DNA of 64,000 nt, taken from the sequence record ON528725. One strand, given 5' to 3'. The position numbers and the translations under genes are program-made. A model generated the notes under the pieces. It was given only the letters and a program-made list of their open reading frames with translations. It made no database searches and was not told where the DNA came from. How positions within the stretch are numbered: position 1 is the stretch's first letter; each line of letters opens with the position of its first letter. This document shows positions 1-14,752 of the stretch, piece after piece. Origin of the DNA: Shigella phage ESh15.

Positions 1-776
1 GCACCGTTAAAGTTTTACCTTCAATGTTAGATTCTGTTATTCCTAGACGTGATTGGGGAGATGTGCGATATCCGGACCCTTACACGTTTAGAATTAACGA
101 TATAGTCGCGTGTAATACTGCTCCGTACAACGCGACAGAAGTTGGAGCCGGTTGGTTAATTTACCGTTGTTTAGACGTCCCTGACGTAGGGCTCTGTTCA
201 ATAGAATCTTTAGATAATAAAGATGAATGTCTTAAATTAGGTGGTAAATGGACCCCGTCTGTTCGTTCTATGTCTCCTCCTGAAGGCAGAGGCGATGCTA
301 ATGGGGTTATCGAAACCGGTGATGGATATATTTGGGAATACCTTTATGAGATTCCTGCCGATGTGTCAATTAACCGTTGCACTAATGAATATCTTGTAGT
401 TCCATGGCCGGAAGAAATTAAAGAAGACCCTACGCGTTGGGGATACGAAAATAACTTAACTTGGCAACAAGATGACTATGGCTTGATTTACCGTGTTAAA
501 GCCAATACGATGCGGTTTAAAGCATATTTTGATTCTGTTTATTTCCCTGAGGCAGCTTTGCCTGGTAACAAGGGTTTTAGACAGATATCAATTATCACAA
601 ACCCATTAGAAGCTAAGAAAAATCCAAATGACCCTAATGTTAAAGCAGAAAAGGATTATTACGACCCTAGAGACCTGCAACGTCATTCCGGTGAAATGAT
701 TTATATGGAAAACCGACCACCTGTTATTATGGCAATGGACCAAACAGAAGAAATTAACATTTTGTTTATGTTTTAA
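1..776 (+). CDS. 8: gp8 baseplate wedge subunit, 5'-partial (open frame runs to window edge)
   Basis: Open frame from window start; precedes gp9 as in T4; C-terminal sequence recalled as T4 gp8-like. Confidence 0.8.
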   Translation, partial: TVKVLPSMLDSVIPRRDWGDVRYPDPYTFRINDIVACNTAPYNATEVGAGWLIYRCLDVPDVGLCSIESLDNKDECLKLGGKWTPSVRSMSPPEGRGDANGVIETGDGYIWEYLYEIPADVSINRCTNEYLVVPWPEEIKEDPTRWGYENNLTWQQDDYGLIYRVKANTMRFKAYFDSVYFPEAALPGNKGFRQISIITNPLEAKKNPNDPNVKAEKDYYDPRDLQRHSGEMIYMENRPPVIMAMDQTEEINILFMF

Positions 777-779
777 TTA

Positions 780-803
780 GGGAGCCTTCGGGCTCCCATT
801 TTT
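780..803 (+). terminator. Rho-independent terminator hairpin GGGAGCC-TTCG-GGCTCCC plus T-run
   Basis: Perfect 7-bp stem, UUCG tetraloop, followed by ATTTTTG; just after the gene 8 stop. Confidence 0.7.
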
Positions 804-808
804 GTATC

Positions 809-816
809 TATAAATA
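809..816 (+). promoter_or_regulatory. T4-type late promoter TATAAATA upstream of gene 9
   Basis: Exact TATAAATA about 30 nt upstream of the gene 9 start. Confidence 0.7.
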
Positions 817-848
817 GAATATAATATCGGACAACAAAAGGCAGAATT

Positions 849-1721
849 ATGGCATTTTTTAAGCAAACTCCTAAACAATTAATCGATACCGGCGAAATTG
901 GTAATGCCTCAACAGGTGATATCTTATTCGACGGTGGTAATAAAATAAATGACGATATCAACGCTATTTACAATGCATTTGGCGATCAACGTAAAATGGC
1001 CGTAGCAGATGGAACCGGACCTACAGGTCAAACTATTCATGCCACAGGTTATTATCAAAAAGGAAAGGCGGCCGATTATCAAACTCCTATTAAACCAGGC
1101 ACTATGCATGATATTGATGCTTCTGATGGTGGTGTGATTGTTATTATTGACCGTCCTGAATTAGGTGACTCTGTAGAATTCATAAACTCTAATGGGTCTA
1201 TTTCTGTTAACAATCCTTTAAGTATCCAAGTAACCGATGGTTCAATTAAAGGTGTTCTTAATAATCTTGTTATTTCCACACCTTATACCCATGTTGTTCT
1301 TCGTTGTGTTGAAATTAATGGGCCGACTTCAGTATGGAATTATTCTACTGATAGCATGTTTGGACAGAAAGAATCTCCTGTTGATGGGACTTGGAGTCTT
1401 ACAGGAAACACAGTTTCTATTCCTCTGTTTTATCGCACGGATTATAACATGGCTAAATTGCTTGTTACATGCCAATCCGCTGACGGTAGAAAAATAAAAA
1501 CATGCGAAATAAATATTCTAATAGATACAATTAACTCAGAAGTTCTTTCTACCGAATTTGCAGTAATGCGAGTTGGTAATGTAGATGAAACCGACGAGAT
1601 TGCTAATATTAGCTTTAGTATTATTAACAACTTTGCTACTATGACGATTACATCCGATATTATTGGATTACGTTCAGCAGTTAAAATTATCTCAACTCAG
1701 AAAATTGGGGTCGCTCAATAA
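849..1721 (+). CDS. 9: gp9 baseplate wedge, long-tail-fibre connector
   Basis: 290 aa; N-terminus ...LIDTGEIGNASTGDILFDGGNKIN... matches recalled T4 gp9; synteny. Confidence 0.93.
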   Translation: MAFFKQTPKQLIDTGEIGNASTGDILFDGGNKINDDINAIYNAFGDQRKMAVADGTGPTGQTIHATGYYQKGKAADYQTPIKPGTMHDIDASDGGVIVIIDRPELGDSVEFINSNGSISVNNPLSIQVTDGSIKGVLNNLVISTPYTHVVLRCVEINGPTSVWNYSTDSMFGQKESPVDGTWSLTGNTVSIPLFYRTDYNMAKLLVTCQSADGRKIKTCEINILIDTINSEVLSTEFAVMRVGNVDETDEIANISFSIINNFATMTITSDIIGLRSAVKIISTQKIGVAQ

Positions 1722-3526
1722 TGAAACAAAATATTAAAATTGGTAACGTCGTTGATGACGGACAAGGCGATTACCTTCGTCGAGGTGGTGAAAAAATAAA
1801 TGAGAACTTTGACGAAATCTATTATGAATTAGGTGATGGTGAAGTTCCTTATGCAGCTGGTGCATGGAAGACCTATGATGCGGCTGATGGTCTTAATCTT
1901 AAGGCGGCTTGGGGTAAATCTTATGCAATTAATACTACTTCTGGACGGGTTTCGGTAAATCTTCCTAAAGGGACAATTGCAGACTATAATAAAGTTATTC
2001 GTGCTCGTGACGTATTTGCAACTTGGAACATTAACCCTGTTACTTTAATTCCGGCAAACGGAGACACGATTAAAGGTTCTTCATCTCCGGTAGAAATTAA
2101 CGTTCAGTTCTCTGATTTAGAATTAGTTTATTGTGCTCCTGGACGTTGGGAATACATCAAGAACAAACAAATTGATAAAATAGTTAGCTCTGACATTAGT
2201 AATGTTGCTCGTAGAGAATATCTGGTTGAAACCCAAGGCCAGACCGATTTCATGGATGTTTTTAATGGGACCTCTTATAACGTTAACAACATTCGCGTAA
2301 AACATCGTGGCAACGAATTGTATTATGGTGATGTATTCAGTGATAATAGTGATTTTGGTTCTCCAGGCGCTAATCCTGGTGAGCTGGTTGCACTTGATGG
2401 ATTTAATATTAGATTACGCCAACCATGTAATGTTGGGGACACTGTACAAATTGAGACATTCCTAGATGGTGTTTCTCAGTGGCGTAGTTCATATACTCGT
2501 CGCCAAGTTCGCATTTTAGATAGTAAATTGACTGCTAAAAAGTCTATTGATGGAAGTATTTACGTCACTGATTTGAGTACGTTCCGATCTATTCCATTTA
2601 CAGCATTTGGTATTAATCCTACAGAACCACCTAACCCGAATTCATTAGAAGTTCGCTTCAATGGTATTCTCCAAGAATTAGCTGGTACTGTTGGAACTCC
2701 TATTTTCCGTTGTGAAGGTGTAGATGCTGATTCTGAAGAGTCATGCGCTAATCTCGGTGGGACATGGACTCAATCGTATACAGATTATGCGATTGAATAT
2801 ACTGATAATATCCCTAGCGCAATTCTGTTTGACCGTCAATTTGAAGACCAAGACATTATTACCATCACATGGTTTAATAACGATTTAGGAACTCTTCTTG
2901 AAATGGAAGAAATCCTTGATGTCGCTGATGAGAAATATGTTTCTCAAGGGTCTAACATTGAAATTACTGGTGATGTTGCATTAACCGATTTCGATAAAAT
3001 TGGATGGCCTAATGTAGAACCTGTTCCTAAGTATGAACGTGAATTCTCGACTATCTCAGCAATATTTGATACAATTTATCCTGTCGGGACTATTTACGAA
3101 AATGCGGTTAACCCTAATAATCCGGCCACTTATTTAGGTTTTGGTTCGTGGAAAATTTGGGGACAAGGCAAAGTATTAGCAGGTTGGAATGATGACGCGT
3201 CGGATCCTAATTTTGCATTAAATAATAATGACCTTGACATCAATGGTAACCCTACTCATACCGCAGGTGGTACCGTTGGTGTAACAACCATCACATTAGA
3301 AAATGCTGATTTACCAGCTACGCAAACCGATGAAAAGGTTCTTATTTCTGATGATAATGGTACAGTAATTATAGGCGGTTGCCAATATGACCCGGATGCA
3401 GAAGGTCCTATTTACACTAAATATCGTGAAGACCATGCAAAGACTAATGGATCTCATGTTCCAGCGCGTTCTATAACTAATATTCAGCCATCTATAACTG
3501 TATACCGTTGGGTAAGGATTGCATAA
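1721..3526 (+). CDS. 10: gp10 baseplate wedge subunit and tail pin
   Basis: 601 aa vs T4 gp10 602 aa; start overlaps gene 9 stop (TAATG); synteny. Confidence 0.93.
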   Translation: MKQNIKIGNVVDDGQGDYLRRGGEKINENFDEIYYELGDGEVPYAAGAWKTYDAADGLNLKAAWGKSYAINTTSGRVSVNLPKGTIADYNKVIRARDVFATWNINPVTLIPANGDTIKGSSSPVEINVQFSDLELVYCAPGRWEYIKNKQIDKIVSSDISNVARREYLVETQGQTDFMDVFNGTSYNVNNIRVKHRGNELYYGDVFSDNSDFGSPGANPGELVALDGFNIRLRQPCNVGDTVQIETFLDGVSQWRSSYTRRQVRILDSKLTAKKSIDGSIYVTDLSTFRSIPFTAFGINPTEPPNPNSLEVRFNGILQELAGTVGTPIFRCEGVDADSEESCANLGGTWTQSYTDYAIEYTDNIPSAILFDRQFEDQDIITITWFNNDLGTLLEMEEILDVADEKYVSQGSNIEITGDVALTDFDKIGWPNVEPVPKYEREFSTISAIFDTIYPVGTIYENAVNPNNPATYLGFGSWKIWGQGKVLAGWNDDASDPNFALNNNDLDINGNPTHTAGGTVGVTTITLENADLPATQTDEKVLISDDNGTVIIGGCQYDPDAEGPIYTKYREDHAKTNGSHVPARSITNIQPSITVYRWVRIA

Positions 3527-4185
3527 TGACTGTACTTAATACAAAGGCGGGAGTTATTTCCCGTCATGCTGATTTTTTGAATTACAGAAAAAATCCAGCT
3601 CAAATTGATGTTTTAAACAACCAAGCTGTAGGTTCCGTGACTATTTCTCAGTTAGCTCGTGGTTTTTATGATGCTAACGTAGAATCTGCAATAAATGATG
3701 TCCATAATATGGCACGAGCTGATATTGGTACTGTTATCACAAACACTTCAGGCATATCGCCTGAAGGTACAGCACAAGTTGATTATTGGACTTTTTCTGG
3801 TGATGTTCTCGACGATACTTTGGCCCCTGGAACACCGGTCGTTATTAACGTATTTGGACTTGCTGTTAAAGCAACAATCGGTATGACTGATAACGAATTA
3901 ACTGCACAAGTTCGTATAGCTTTACAAGAAGCCATTGCTAATCAAATCGCTATTTCTTCTTATAAAGACCATCCGTCCGAAGGTAATAAACTTCAGGTGA
4001 CATATTTAGATAACCAACGTCATGTGTTGCCAACATACGCTTCGTTTGGTGTAACAATTTCGCAAGAAATTTTGTCTGAAGCAAAATCTGGGTACGGAAC
4101 ATGGAATTTATTGGGTGCCCAAACGGTTACTCTCGATAACCATAATACTCCTACCGTTTTCTACCACTTTGTGAGAGCCTCATGA
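3526..4185 (+). CDS. 11: gp11 baseplate wedge subunit and tail pin
   Basis: Start reassigned to the ATG overlapping the gene 10 stop; sequence matches recalled T4 gp11 (NKAGVISR..., [15 protein letters not shown]). Confidence 0.92.
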   Translation: MTVLNTKAGVISRHADFLNYRKNPAQIDVLNNQAVGSVTISQLARGFYDANVESAINDVHNMARADIGTVITNTSGISPEGTAQVDYWTFSGDVLDDTLAPGTPVVINVFGLAVKATIGMTDNELTAQVRIALQEAIANQIAISSYKDHPSEGNKLQVTYLDNQRHVLPTYASFGVTISQEILSEAKSGYGTWNLLGAQTVTLDNHNTPTVFYHFVRAS

Positions 4186-5765
4186 GTAATAACAATACAT
4201 ACCAACACGTTTCAAACGAATCCATTTACGTTGAATTCGACCCTGTAGGGTCGAATTTTCCAGATACGGTCACTAATGTCCAAGCCGCATTAGCTGCTAT
4301 TTCTCCTTCAGGTGTTAATGGTGTACCGGAAGCAACAACTACTACACCAGGAATTATTCAAATAGCTACTCCACAAGAAGTTATTGATGGATTAGATAAT
4401 AGTAAAGCTGTTACTCCGGCAACACTGAATGCTCGTCTACAATATCCTAATGCAACCGAAACTCAATATGGCTTAACTCGTTATGCTACTGAAGATGAAG
4501 CAGTAACCGGAGCTATTGACGATGCATCAATTACTCCGCTTAAATTGAATCAAAAAATAGACAATGTATTTCAGACAAAAGTGTCAACAGAAGCAACAAA
4601 TGGTGTAATTAAAATTTCAACTTCTGCTGCGGCATTAGCTGGTTCTGATGATACAACGGCAATGACTCCGTTAAAAACGCAACAATTAGCAATTAAACTT
4701 ATTTCGCAAATTGCTCCAAATAATAGTGACGCCACCGAATCTATTACCGGTGTTGTTCGTTTAGCTACAGTTGCACAAGCACAACAAGGCACCCTGCGTG
4801 AAGGCTATGCAATTTCACCTTATACCTTTATGAATTCAGTAGCATCAGAAACTAATAAAGGCGTCGTTAAACTAGGGACACAGACTGAAGTAAATAGTAA
4901 CAACTCTTCAGTTGTAGTGACCGGCGCAACATTAAATGGGCGTGGAGCTACAACTTCTTTACGTGGAGTTGTTCGTTTAACTACACAAGCAGGTAGTCAA
5001 TCAGGTGGTGATGGTTCTTCAGCCCTTGCTTGGAATGCTGATGTTATCCACCAACGAGGCGGACAAACTATTAATGGCACGCTTCGCATTAATAATACGT
5101 TGACGGTTGGTTCTGGTGGAGCTAATATAACTGGTACTGTCAACATGACCGGTGGTTATATTCAGGGCAATCGTATTGTGACTCAAAATGAATTAGACCG
5201 AATTCTTCCAGTCGGTGCTATTACAATGTGGGCAGCAGATAGTTTACCGAGTTCTGACTGGCGCTTCTGTCATGGTGGGACCGTTTCTGCTTCAGAATGT
5301 CCGGTATATGCTTCCAGAATTGGGACCCGATATGGTGGTAGCTCTTCTAACCCGGGCTTGCCTGATATGCGTGGATTATTTGTTCGCGGCTCAGGTCGTG
5401 GTAACCATTTAACTAACCCTAATGTTAATGGTAATGACCAATTTGGTAAACCTCGTCTGGCGGTAGGTTGTACCGGTGGATATGTTGGTGAAGTGCAAAA
5501 ACAACAGATGTCATATCATAAGCATGCTGGTGGTTTTGGCGAACATGATGATTCCGGTGCATTTGGTAATACTCGACGTTCAAACTTTGTTGGTACTCGT
5601 AAAGGACTTGACTGGGATAACCGTTCATATTTTACTAACGACGGATATGAAATTGATCCAGCGTCTCAGCGTAACTCTAAATATACCATGAATCGTCCAG
5701 AATTAATTGGAAATGAAACTCGTCCATGGAATATTTCTTTAAACTATATTATTAAGGTAAAATAA
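4182..5765 (+). CDS. 12: gp12 short tail fibre
   Basis: 527 aa, same length as T4 gp12; long stretches identical to recalled T4 gp12 (C-terminal ...[17 protein letters not shown]). Confidence 0.96.
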   Translation: MSNNNTYQHVSNESIYVEFDPVGSNFPDTVTNVQAALAAISPSGVNGVPEATTTTPGIIQIATPQEVIDGLDNSKAVTPATLNARLQYPNATETQYGLTRYATEDEAVTGAIDDASITPLKLNQKIDNVFQTKVSTEATNGVIKISTSAAALAGSDDTTAMTPLKTQQLAIKLISQIAPNNSDATESITGVVRLATVAQAQQGTLREGYAISPYTFMNSVASETNKGVVKLGTQTEVNSNNSSVVVTGATLNGRGATTSLRGVVRLTTQAGSQSGGDGSSALAWNADVIHQRGGQTINGTLRINNTLTVGSGGANITGTVNMTGGYIQGNRIVTQNELDRILPVGAITMWAADSLPSSDWRFCHGGTVSASECPVYASRIGTRYGGSSSNPGLPDMRGLFVRGSGRGNHLTNPNVNGNDQFGKPRLAVGCTGGYVGEVQKQQMSYHKHAGGFGEHDDSGAFGNTRRSNFVGTRKGLDWDNRSYFTNDGYEIDPASQRNSKYTMNRPELIGNETRPWNISLNYIIKVK

Positions 5766-7213
5766 TGGCTGATATAACTCTGGTAGATTTACCATATGTT
5801 GACGGCCCGCCAGACGCGGGTCAGAGTCGTATTGAATGGATTAAAAACGATGAAGAAATAACAGGTGCTGACACAAAATACGGTTCTGAAGGTGTAATGA
5901 ACCGTCCTATTGTTGAAGTTCAACGTAACGTAGAAGCGTTAGATGTTAATATTAAAACTATAGCATCTTCTTTGAATACAGCCAATGAAGATATTAAAGT
6001 TATTCAAGGTATTTTAGATGTTTCTGGGGATGTTGATGCTCTTGCACAGATAGGCCAGAACACCCAAGATATTGATGTCATTAAAGTCACAGTTCAAACC
6101 CATGCTAGTGAATTGAATGATTTGAATGAACATATTGATGCGAATACTGATGATATTGGTGTTTATAATCAGGAAACAGATTCAGTTTATAGAACGGTTC
6201 GTAACGACCTGCTTTGGATTAAAAATGAATTAGGACAATATACTGGTCAAGATATTAATGGTGTTCCTACTCCAGGAAATGATAGTACTGGTATGAAACG
6301 CCGTATTATGACTAATAGCTCTGTAATTGTTGACCACGGTGTTCGATTAACCGATTTAGAAACTAAATTTGCCGATTCTGATGTTGGCTCTTTAACTATT
6401 GAAGTCGAACACTTGCGCGAAGAAATGGGACCTCGTACTTCTTTCACTACTCCAGTGTTTAGTCGTCTTTCCGGTATTGATTTAACTTTGTCGCGTCAAA
6501 ATGCTGACTTGGACGGCATTAAACAGTCTATTGGGTATCCTAATACGACTTCTATTATTACTACCACTAATGCAAATAGCTCAGCAATAAATGACATTAA
6601 TCTTGAGCTCAATCAATCTGGTGGTATTAAACCTCGTTTGACTACAGTAGAAACTGCCATTGGCTCTGATGATTTACCTACTACAATCCAAGGACGTATT
6701 AAACTCAATACTGATGCTATCGGAGCATTGAATACTGTTGTCGGCTCTGATTCTTCATCGGGATTGCGTTTTAATGTGTCATGGTTAAATAACGTAGTTG
6801 GTGTTGACGCTTCAGGTGGGAAACCGGAACCAGACGGCTCTTTGCTTTATCGTACTCGAGAGCTTGAAGGAACTATCAGTGGGATGAGTAATGACATTCA
6901 GAACATTCAAACTGATGTTGGGACTAATTCCACAGGAATTAAGGGTTCTGTAAACACATTAAATACTCTTATAAATGGCACCAACCCAAATGGTTCGACT
7001 GTTGAAGAACGTGGTATATTGCCTACAGTTAAAAGTCATGATACGACAATTAATAGTTTAACTTCTAGAATTGCTACTCTTGAAACTGATTTGGCCGCTG
7101 CAGAAGCTGAAATCCAAACTCTTAAGGAAGCTGGATATATTGAAGATGCTCCTTCAGACGGTAAATTCTATGTTCGCAAAGATGGTGCATGGGTTGAACT
7201 TCCTACAGCTTAA
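5765..7213 (+). CDS. wac: fibritin (whisker antigen control) with C-terminal foldon
   Basis: 482 aa; N-terminal ...DGPP..GQSRI.WIKN.EEI.GADT.YGSEG and C-terminal GYIEDAPSDGKFYVRKDGAWVEL foldon-like motif. Confidence 0.93.
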   Translation: MADITLVDLPYVDGPPDAGQSRIEWIKNDEEITGADTKYGSEGVMNRPIVEVQRNVEALDVNIKTIASSLNTANEDIKVIQGILDVSGDVDALAQIGQNTQDIDVIKVTVQTHASELNDLNEHIDANTDDIGVYNQETDSVYRTVRNDLLWIKNELGQYTGQDINGVPTPGNDSTGMKRRIMTNSSVIVDHGVRLTDLETKFADSDVGSLTIEVEHLREEMGPRTSFTTPVFSRLSGIDLTLSRQNADLDGIKQSIGYPNTTSIITTTNANSSAINDINLELNQSGGIKPRLTTVETAIGSDDLPTTIQGRIKLNTDAIGALNTVVGSDSSSGLRFNVSWLNNVVGVDASGGKPEPDGSLLYRTRELEGTISGMSNDIQNIQTDVGTNSTGIKGSVNTLNTLINGTNPNGSTVEERGILPTVKSHDTTINSLTSRIATLETDLAAAEAEIQTLKEAGYIEDAPSDGKFYVRKDGAWVELPTA

Positions 7214-7219
7214 TGAAAA

Positions 7220-7233
7220 GGGCCTTCGGGCCC
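7220..7233 (+). other. Intergenic stem-loop GGGCC-TTCG-GGCCC between wac and gene 13, no T-run
   Basis: Perfect 5-bp GC stem with UUCG tetraloop. Confidence 0.4.
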
Positions 7234-7245
7234 TAAAGGATTTAT

Positions 7246-8172
7246 ATGTCAGGTTATAATGCACAAAACCCTAAAGAATTAAAGGATGTAATATTACGTC
7301 GTTTAGGCGCTCCTATTGTAAATGTCGAATTAACTACAGACCAAATTTATGATTGTATTTCACGAGCGTTAGAACTTTATGGCGAATACCATTTTGACGG
7401 GTTGAATAAAGGTTTCCATGTATTTTTTGTTGATGACGAAGAAAAATACCGTCACGGCGTATTTGATATGCGTGGTTCTAACGTATTTGCTGTAACAAGA
7501 ATTATAAGAACAAACGTTGGCTCTATTACTTCAATGGATGGTAATGCAACTTATCCATGGTTCACTGATTTCCTTTTAGGAATGGCCGGTGTTTCAGGTG
7601 GTATGGGTAGTAATTGTGGTAAATTCTACGGCCCGAACGCTTTTGGCGCTGACCTCGGGTATTATTCTCAATTAGTATCTTATATGGGTATGCTTCAAGA
7701 TATGATTGCTCCTCTTCCAGACTTTTGGTTTAACTCTGCAAACGAGCAATTAAAAGTAATGGGTAATTTTAGACAGAAAGATGTCATTATCGTTGAATCA
7801 TATGTTCGCTCTTATATCGAGACCCATAAGATGGTAGGAAATACAGTAGGGTATGGTCAGGTCGGTCCTCGTGATTCATGGTCTATTTCTGAACGTTATG
7901 ATAATCCGGACCATAATTTAGTCGGACGTCGAGTTGGTGAAGATCCTGCAACTAAACAAGGCGCATATAACAATCGCTGGGTTAAAGATTATGCAACTGC
8001 ATTAGCTAAAGAGCTTAATGGACAAATTCTTGCTAAACATCAAGGTATGATGTTACCTGGTGGTGTCACTGTTGACGGTGTTCGATTAATTGAAGAAGCT
8101 CGTTTAGAGAAAGAAGCTTTACGAGAAGAGTTATATTTACTGGACCCTCCTGCAGGTATTTTGGTAGGTTAA
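7246..8172 (+). CDS. 13: gp13 neck protein
   Basis: 308 aa; N-terminus [35 protein letters not shown] matches T4 gp13. Confidence 0.93.
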   Translation: MSGYNAQNPKELKDVILRRLGAPIVNVELTTDQIYDCISRALELYGEYHFDGLNKGFHVFFVDDEEKYRHGVFDMRGSNVFAVTRIIRTNVGSITSMDGNATYPWFTDFLLGMAGVSGGMGSNCGKFYGPNAFGADLGYYSQLVSYMGMLQDMIAPLPDFWFNSANEQLKVMGNFRQKDVIIVESYVRSYIETHKMVGNTVGYGQVGPRDSWSISERYDNPDHNLVGRRVGEDPATKQGAYNNRWVKDYATALAKELNGQILAKHQGMMLPGGVTVDGVRLIEEARLEKEALREELYLLDPPAGILVG

Positions 8173-8173
8173 T

Positions 8174-8938
8174 ATGGCAACTTATGATAAAAATCTTTTC
8201 GCCAAACTAGAAAATCGTGGTGGGTATTCTCAGACAAATGAGACTGAAATCCTCAATCCATTTGTCAATTTTAATAACTATGAGAATAGTCAGACATTAG
8301 CTGATGTTCTAGTGGCAGAAAGCATACAAATGCGCGGTATTGAATGTTTTTATGTTCCACGTGAATATGTTGCTGTGGACCTTATCTTTGGTGAGGACCT
8401 TAAAAATAAATTTACTAAAGCATGGAAATTTGCAGCATATCTGAACTCATTTGAAGGTTATGAAGGAGCGAAATCGTTCTTCAGCAACTTCGGAATGCAA
8501 GTTCAAGACGAAGTTACATTATCTATTAACCCAGGTCTTTTCAAACACCAGGTCAACAATCAGGAGCCCAAGGAAGGTGATTTAATATACTTCCCAATGG
8601 ACAACAGTTTGTTTGAGATTAACTGGGTTGAACCATATGACCCATTCTATCAAGTAGGTAAAAATGCGATTCGTAAAATTACTGCAGGCAAGTTTATTTA
8701 CTCTGGCGAAGAAATCAATCCGGTGCTTCAGAAAAATGAAGGTATCAATATACCTGAATTTAGTGACTTGGAACTTAACCCTGTTAGAAATCTTGACGGT
8801 ATCCATGACATTAATATCGATGAATATTCTGAAGTTGAGCAAATCAATTCAGAGGCAAGTGAATACGTTGAGCCGTATGTAGTAGTTAACAACCGTGGTA
8901 GACAAAATTCACCATTTGACGATGGGTTTATGAATTAA
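8174..8938 (+). CDS. 14: gp14 neck protein
   Basis: 254 aa; synteny between genes 13 and 15. Confidence 0.88.
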   Translation: MATYDKNLFAKLENRGGYSQTNETEILNPFVNFNNYENSQTLADVLVAESIQMRGIECFYVPREYVAVDLIFGEDLKNKFTKAWKFAAYLNSFEGYEGAKSFFSNFGMQVQDEVTLSINPGLFKHQVNNQEPKEGDLIYFPMDNSLFEINWVEPYDPFYQVGKNAIRKITAGKFIYSGEEINPVLQKNEGINIPEFSDLELNPVRNLDGIHDINIDEYSEVEQINSEASEYVEPYVVVNNRGRQNSPFDDGFMN

Positions 8939-8990
8939 TAAATAGATAAGATAAAGCAAACACCGGTCGAAAGGCCGGTTAGGAGAAATG

Positions 8991-9812
8991 ATGTTTGGCT
9001 ATTTTTACAACTCGTCGTTCAGGCGATATATCACAATGATGGGCGATTTGTTTTCAAATATCCAAGTTAACCGTCAATTGTCTACAGGCAATAAATTAAT
9101 TAGAGTTCCTATTACGTATGCATCTAAAGAGCACTTTATGATGAAACTTAATAAATGGACCTCTATAAACTCACAAGAAGATGTGGCTAAAGTCGAAACT
9201 ATTCTACCACGTATAAATCTCCAAATGGTAGATTTCGTTTATAACCCAACGTTTAAAACGAATATATTGAATAACTCTCTTTTGAGTAAATCAACTAAGG
9301 ATATTGTAGACCAATACAACCCATCACCAATTAAAATGATTTTTGAACTGAGCATCTTTACTCGTTATGAAGATGATATGTTCCAAATCGTTGAGCAAAT
9401 TATTCCATATTTTCAGCCGCATTTTAATACGACTATGATTGAGCAATATGGACAGGATATTCCGTTTGAAAGGGATATTAAAGTCGTATGGATGGCAGCA
9501 GCAATGGATGAACAAATAGACGGTGATAATTTATCTCGTCGACGTTTAGAGTGGTCATTAACATTTGAAGTAAATGGATGGATGTATCCTCCGGTAGGCG
9601 CAGCTGAAGGCCTTATTAAAACGACTTATCTTGATTTTCATGCTAATGAACGAGACCTTCAAACAGCCGCCAGCGTTTTTGAATCAGTTGATACAGAAAT
9701 TAAACCGAGAGACGTTGAAGCACAAGATTGGAATGGTGAAGTTGAACAAACTTATACTCATGATATTCCAATCCCGACTCCACCAACCCCTCCTGGTCCT
9801 AGAAAACAATAA
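8991..9812 (+). CDS. 15: gp15 tail sheath stabiliser / tail completion protein
   Basis: Matches recalled T4 gp15 (MFGYFYNSSFRRY...); second ATG chosen because AGGAG lies 5 nt upstream. Confidence 0.93.
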   Translation: MFGYFYNSSFRRYITMMGDLFSNIQVNRQLSTGNKLIRVPITYASKEHFMMKLNKWTSINSQEDVAKVETILPRINLQMVDFVYNPTFKTNILNNSLLSKSTKDIVDQYNPSPIKMIFELSIFTRYEDDMFQIVEQIIPYFQPHFNTTMIEQYGQDIPFERDIKVVWMAAAMDEQIDGDNLSRRRLEWSLTFEVNGWMYPPVGAAEGLIKTTYLDFHANERDLQTAASVFESVDTEIKPRDVEAQDWNGEVEQTYTHDIPIPTPPTPPGPRKQ

Positions 9813-12138
<2,326 letters not shown>

Positions 12139-12165
12139 AAATAAAGCAAATTAAGAGGAATTAAA

Positions 12166-14148
12166 ATGGCACTTCTCTCTCCGGGCGTTGAGCTCAAAGA
12201 AACTACCGTACAGAGTACTGTAGTTAATAACTCCACTGGTACTGCTGCCCTGGCTGGAAAATTCCAATGGGGACCTGCATTCCAGATTAAACAAATCACT
12301 GATGAAGTTGCATTAGTTGATATGTTTGGTACTCCTAATACGGATACAGCAGATTATTTCATGTCTGCTATGAACTTCCTTCAATATGGTAATGACCTTC
12401 GTGTTGTACGTGCGGTTGATCGTGATACTGCTAAGAACTCATCTCCTGTAGCAGGCAATATTGAATTCACAATCTCTGCTGCTGGTAGTAACTATGCAGT
12501 TGGTGATAAAATTATCGTTAAGTATTTGACCGAAACTGTTGAAGCAGATGGTTATGTCACTTCAGTTGATGTCGATGGTAAAATTCTTAACATTTATATC
12601 CCGACTGGTAAAATTATTGCTCGTGCAAAAGAAATTAATGAATATCCAGCATTGGGTTCTAACTGGACTGCCGAAGTTGCCAGTTCTTCTTCTGGACTCT
12701 CTGGCGTTATTACAATTGGTTCTATCGTAACCGATTCGGGTATTCTGTTAACTGAAGTTGAAACTTCTGAAGAAGCTATTACTTCTCTAACTTTCCAAGA
12801 ATCTATTAAAAAATATGGCGTCCCAGGCGTAGTTGCTCTTTATCCTGGTGAACTTGGCGACCAGCTCGAAATTGAAATCGTATCTAAAGCAGACTATGAC
12901 AAAGGTGCTTCAGCCCAGTTAAAAATTTATCCTGATGGTGGTACTCGTGCATCTACTGCTAAAGCAATCTTTGGGTATGGTCCACAAACTGATGACCAAT
13001 ATGCAATTATCGTTCGTCGTAACGATGCTGTAGTTCAGAGCGTAGTTCTTTCTACTAAACGTGGTGAACGCGATATTTATGGTAGTAATATCTTTATTGA
13101 TGATTTCTTTGCTAAAGGCGCAAGCAATTATATTTTCGCTACTGCACAAGGTTGGCCAAAAGGTTTCTCTGGCGTAATCAAACTGAGTGGTGGCTTATCA
13201 TCTAATGAAACGGTTGACGCTGGTGATTTAATGGAAGCTTGGGATTTGTTTGCTGACCGCGAATCTGTTAATGCGCAGTTGTTTATTGCTGGTTCTTGTG
13301 CAGGTGAATCTTTAGAAGTTGCTTCCACGGTTCAGAAACATGTTGTAGCAATTGGTGATTCTCGCCAAGATTGTTTGGTTCTTTGCTCACCGCCACGTGC
13401 AACTATAGTTGGTATTCCTGTTAATCGTGCAGTTGATAATCTGGTTGATTGGCGTACTGCGTCAGGAACTTACACTGATAATAACTTTAATGTAAGTTCT
13501 ACTTATGCTGCTATTGACGGTAACTATAAATATCAATATGACAAATATAATGACGTGAATCGTTGGGTTCCATTAGCTGCTGATATCGCTGGTCTTTGTG
13601 CTCGTACAGACAATATTTCTCAGCCTTGGATGTCTCCAGCCGGTTATAACCGTGGACAAATTCTTAACGTTATTAAGCTTGCAATTGAAACTCGTCAACC
13701 ACAGCGTGATCGTTTGTATCAGGAAGCTATTAACCCTGTTACTGGTACTGGTGGTGATGGGTATGTTCTGTATGGTGATAAAACTGCCACTTCCGTTCCT
13801 TCGCCATTTGACCGTATTAACGTTCGTCGTTTGTTCAATATGGTTAAAACGAACATTGGTTCAGCATCTAAATATCGCCTGTTTGAATTGAACAACGCAT
13901 TTACCCGTTCTTCTTTCCGTACAGAGACTTCTCAATATCTACAGGGTATTAAAGCTCTCGGTGGTGTATATAACTTTAAAGTTGTTTGTGATACTACCAA
14001 TAACACCCCAGCAGTTATCGACCGTAATGAATTTGTAGCTACTTTCTACTTACAACCTGCCCGCTCGATAAATTATATTACGTTGAACTTTGTAGCAACA
14101 GCAACTGGTGCCGATTTCGACGAACTAATTGGTGCTGTAGGTGGTTAA
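12166..14148 (+). CDS. 18: gp18 contractile tail sheath protein
   Basis: 660 aa vs T4 659 aa; synteny. Confidence 0.95.
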   Translation: MALLSPGVELKETTVQSTVVNNSTGTAALAGKFQWGPAFQIKQITDEVALVDMFGTPNTDTADYFMSAMNFLQYGNDLRVVRAVDRDTAKNSSPVAGNIEFTISAAGSNYAVGDKIIVKYLTETVEADGYVTSVDVDGKILNIYIPTGKIIARAKEINEYPALGSNWTAEVASSSSGLSGVITIGSIVTDSGILLTEVETSEEAITSLTFQESIKKYGVPGVVALYPGELGDQLEIEIVSKADYDKGASAQLKIYPDGGTRASTAKAIFGYGPQTDDQYAIIVRRNDAVVQSVVLSTKRGERDIYGSNIFIDDFFAKGASNYIFATAQGWPKGFSGVIKLSGGLSSNETVDAGDLMEAWDLFADRESVNAQLFIAGSCAGESLEVASTVQKHVVAIGDSRQDCLVLCSPPRATIVGIPVNRAVDNLVDWRTASGTYTDNNFNVSSTYAAIDGNYKYQYDKYNDVNRWVPLAADIAGLCARTDNISQPWMSPAGYNRGQILNVIKLAIETRQPQRDRLYQEAINPVTGTGGDGYVLYGDKTATSVPSPFDRINVRRLFNMVKTNIGSASKYRLFELNNAFTRSSFRTETSQYLQGIKALGGVYNFKVVCDTTNNTPAVIDRNEFVATFYLQPARSINYITLNFVATATGADFDELIGAVGG

Positions 14149-14180
14149 TAAGACGTCTGATGGGCTATTTCGGTAGCCCA

Positions 14181-14188
14181 TATAAATA
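14181..14188 (+). promoter_or_regulatory. Late promoter TATAAATA upstream of gene 19, directly after a GC hairpin
   Basis: Exact TATAAATA; preceded by hairpin tgggctatttcggtagccca at 14161-14180. Confidence 0.6.
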
Positions 14189-14260
14189 TACTATATCGTT
14201 TAAAAATTAATTCTATGGGCATCCGGTTAATCCTAAGCCCATATTACTACAGAGGCTAAT

Positions 14261-14752
14261 ATGTTTGTAGATGACGTAACTCGTGCCTTCGAATCAGGTG
14301 ATTTCGCTCGCCCTAACCTGTTCGAAGTAGAAATCTCTTATCTTGGGCAAAACTTTAGCTTCCAGTGTCGTGCTACGGCTCTTCCTGCTGCGATCGTTGA
14401 AAAGGTTCCTGTTTCTTATATGAACCGTAAAATTAACGTGGCCGGTGATCGTACATTTGATGATTGGACTATTACAGTAATGAACGATGATGCTCATAGC
14501 ATTCGTCAGAAATTTGTTGATTGGCAAGGTATTGCAGCAGGACAAGGTAATGAAATTACCGGTGGTAAACCTGCTGAATATAAAAAGACCGCTATCGTTC
14601 GTCAATTTGCTCGTGATGCTAAAACGGTCACTAAAGAAGTTGAAATTGTCGGCTTGTGGCCTACTAACGTTGGCGAAGTATCTCTTGACTGGGACAGCAA
14701 TAACGAGATTGAAACGTTCGAAGTAACTCTTGCTCTTGATTGGTGGGAATAA
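14261..14752 (+). CDS. 19: gp19 tail tube protein
   Basis: 163 aa, near-identical to recalled T4 gp19. Confidence 0.96.
   Translation: MFVDDVTRAFESGDFARPNLFEVEISYLGQNFSFQCRATALPAAIVEKVPVSYMNRKINVAGDRTFDDWTITVMNDDAHSIRQKFVDWQGIAAGQGNEITGGKPAEYKKTAIVRQFARDAKTVTKEVEIVGLWPTNVGEVSLDWDSNNEIETFEVTLALDWWE

Noticed and set aside
773-1630. Several 60-90 aa ORFs overlapping gene 9 on either strand (773-961, 924-1109, 1079-1279, 1237-1497, 1442-1630)
   Set aside because: All lie within or antisense to gp9, which has strong similarity to T4; no independent start signals.
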